Shown one piece after another: positions 51,687 to 53,373 of a stretch of 53,373 bases of DNA (its first letter is position 1; the number at the start of each line of letters is the position of its first letter). Under the pieces are notes generated by a model that ran no database searches, was not told the DNA's origin, and saw nothing but the letters and a program-made list of their open reading frames with translations. Source of the DNA: Octopus sinensis (taxonomy: Eukaryota); contig NW_021831728.1 of NCBI RefSeq assembly GCF_006345805.1, positions 1 through 53,373 of the forward strand, read 5' to 3'. Made by a program: the position numbers and the translations under genes.

Positions 51687-52098
51687 TACTCTTTTACTCT
51701 TTTACTTGTTTCAGTCAGTTGACTGCGGCCATGCTGGAGCACCGCCTTTAGTCGAGCAACTCGACCCCGGGACTTATTCTTTTGTAAGCCCAGTACTTAT
51801 TCTGTCGGTCTCTTTTGCCGAACCGCTAAGTAACGGGGACATAAACACACCAGCATCGGTTGTCAAGCAATGCTAGGGGGACAAACACACACACACAAAC
51901 ACACACACATACATATATATATATATACATATATACGATGGGCTTCTTTCAGTTTCCGTCTACCAAATCCACTCACAAGGCTTTGGTCGGCCCGAGGCTA
52001 TAGTAGAAGACACTTGCCCAAGGTGCCACGCAGTGGGACTGAACCCGGAACCATGTGGTTGGTAAACAAGCTACTCACCACACAGCCACTCCTGCGCC
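51687..52098 (-). mobile_element. Full-length SINE-B inserted in a (TATG)n array
   Basis: (TATG)n on both sides (about 51545-51686 and 52099-52243). Confidence 0.95.
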
Positions 52099-52341
52099 TA
52101 TGTATGTATGTATGTATGTATGTATGTATGTATGTATGTATGTATGTATGTATGTGTGTCTGTCTGTATGTATGTATGTATGTATGTATGTATGTGTGTG
52201 TGTATGTATGTATGTATGTATGTATGTATGTATGTATGTATGCATAATACCCATTTACTCAAGCAAATATACAATCACACAGCGAGAAATAGGGGGAGAG
52301 GGGGGAGAGAGAAAGACAGACAGATAGAGACAAAGAAAAAA

Positions 52342-52378
<37 letters not shown>

Positions 52379-52559
52379 AACGAATTGCTCGAACGTAAAC
52401 AACTGCGTAAAATTATTTCAACATTCAGACAGCAAACTTTAGTTAACAACAATTGTAAACATTTATATGTCACCGTAATCTTCTTACTGATAACACAGCA
52501 CCGAGTTCAAGTGGGAGCATAGTTGTCGTTGTTGTCGTTGTCGTCGTCGTTGTTAAGAC

Positions 52560-52725
52560 GTTTGGTTAGTAGAGTCATTTAAGCGACGGGCAGAATTCGT
52601 AGTAGCAATCGTTTCAACTCCCTGTGTTATGAGTTCAAGCCCCACCGAGGTCAACTTTGCCTTTCGTCTTTCAAGGTCGATAAACAAAGTGCTACTCTTG
52701 CACTGGAATCGATTTTTCTTTCTAT
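52560..52725 (+). mobile_element. Diverged SINE-A
   Basis: gagttcaagccccaccgaggtcaactttgcctttc..gtcgataaa. Confidence 0.7.
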
Positions 52726-53159
52726 TTCTCTCTGATTTTCTCTCTTTCGGCTGTGCTCAGATGTAGAGTGGGATGGGCTCCAGTAGGTTTGAAAATGTCT
52801 AACATATGGCGTGTACCACCATGATACCCTCACAATTCCACCAAGGGGTTAAGGCATGTTGTTGTTATGCTCCTTAGCCCTTGTCAACCCCTGGTGGAGC
52901 CTATCATCGAAGGTGTTAACTCGACGATAATCCATTCTGTCCTTGTTTAAAGGTGTGTGTGTGTGTGTGTGTGTGGCCGTCTAAGATATTCTTTCTTTTC
53001 CTTATTTCATTTTTTCCTTCTCTGGGGAAAACATGGTGTTACTTAACCGCGCTGTTATCAAAAACCCAAAAGGAAATTAATTGATAAGATCGGCTGAAAT
53101 GGATATGTAATACTGTAAATTTTGATTAACATATCCCTATCTCAATCAGTTTTGTCTGC

Positions 53160-53194
<35 letters not shown>

Positions 53195-53373
53195 AATATA
53201 TATATATATTATAATATATATATTATATATATATTATATATATAATATATATTATATATATATTATATAATATATATATATATATATTATATTATGTGAA
53301 ATAGAAAGATGAATAATCTTGTAGTAGATTAATCAAAAGTTTAACCGGTACCTTAGTAGCAAAAATCGCAGCA

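Overview
AT-rich, microsatellite-dense eukaryotic DNA with no confidently identifiable host gene, rRNA, true tRNA gene or CRISPR array. From recollection of the repeat families (not a database search) it looks like coleoid cephalopod, most likely Octopus, intronic or intergenic sequence. Almost all ORF-track entries are translations of (TA)n, (CA)n, (TATG)n or (TAA)n tracts. Recognisable coding remnants are all mobile-element fossils: a near full-length pogo/POGK-like transposase (5680-6708, -), a 2.3 kb internally deleted L1/Tx1-clade element with both termini and a TSD (15517-17817, -), a mariner DD34D C-terminal half (24550-25126, +), two R4/Dong-like endonuclease 3' ends next to (TAA)n, and a Penelope-like GIY-YIG end (48476-49643, +). 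The Penelope-associated terminal repeat carries a minimal hammerhead-ribozyme-like motif with a non-canonical CUGUNGA core, present as two clear copies and one decayed copy. There are also dozens of tRNA-headed SINE copies (working names SINE-A to SINE-E, several with clear TSDs), MITEs, and local duplications. The most notable observations are the hammerhead-like motifs, a perfect 61 bp inverted repeat, the non-autonomous Tx1 element with an empty-site copy nearby, two independent SINE insertions at the same TT^AA in an inverted duplication, and a SINE trimer inside a single TSD.
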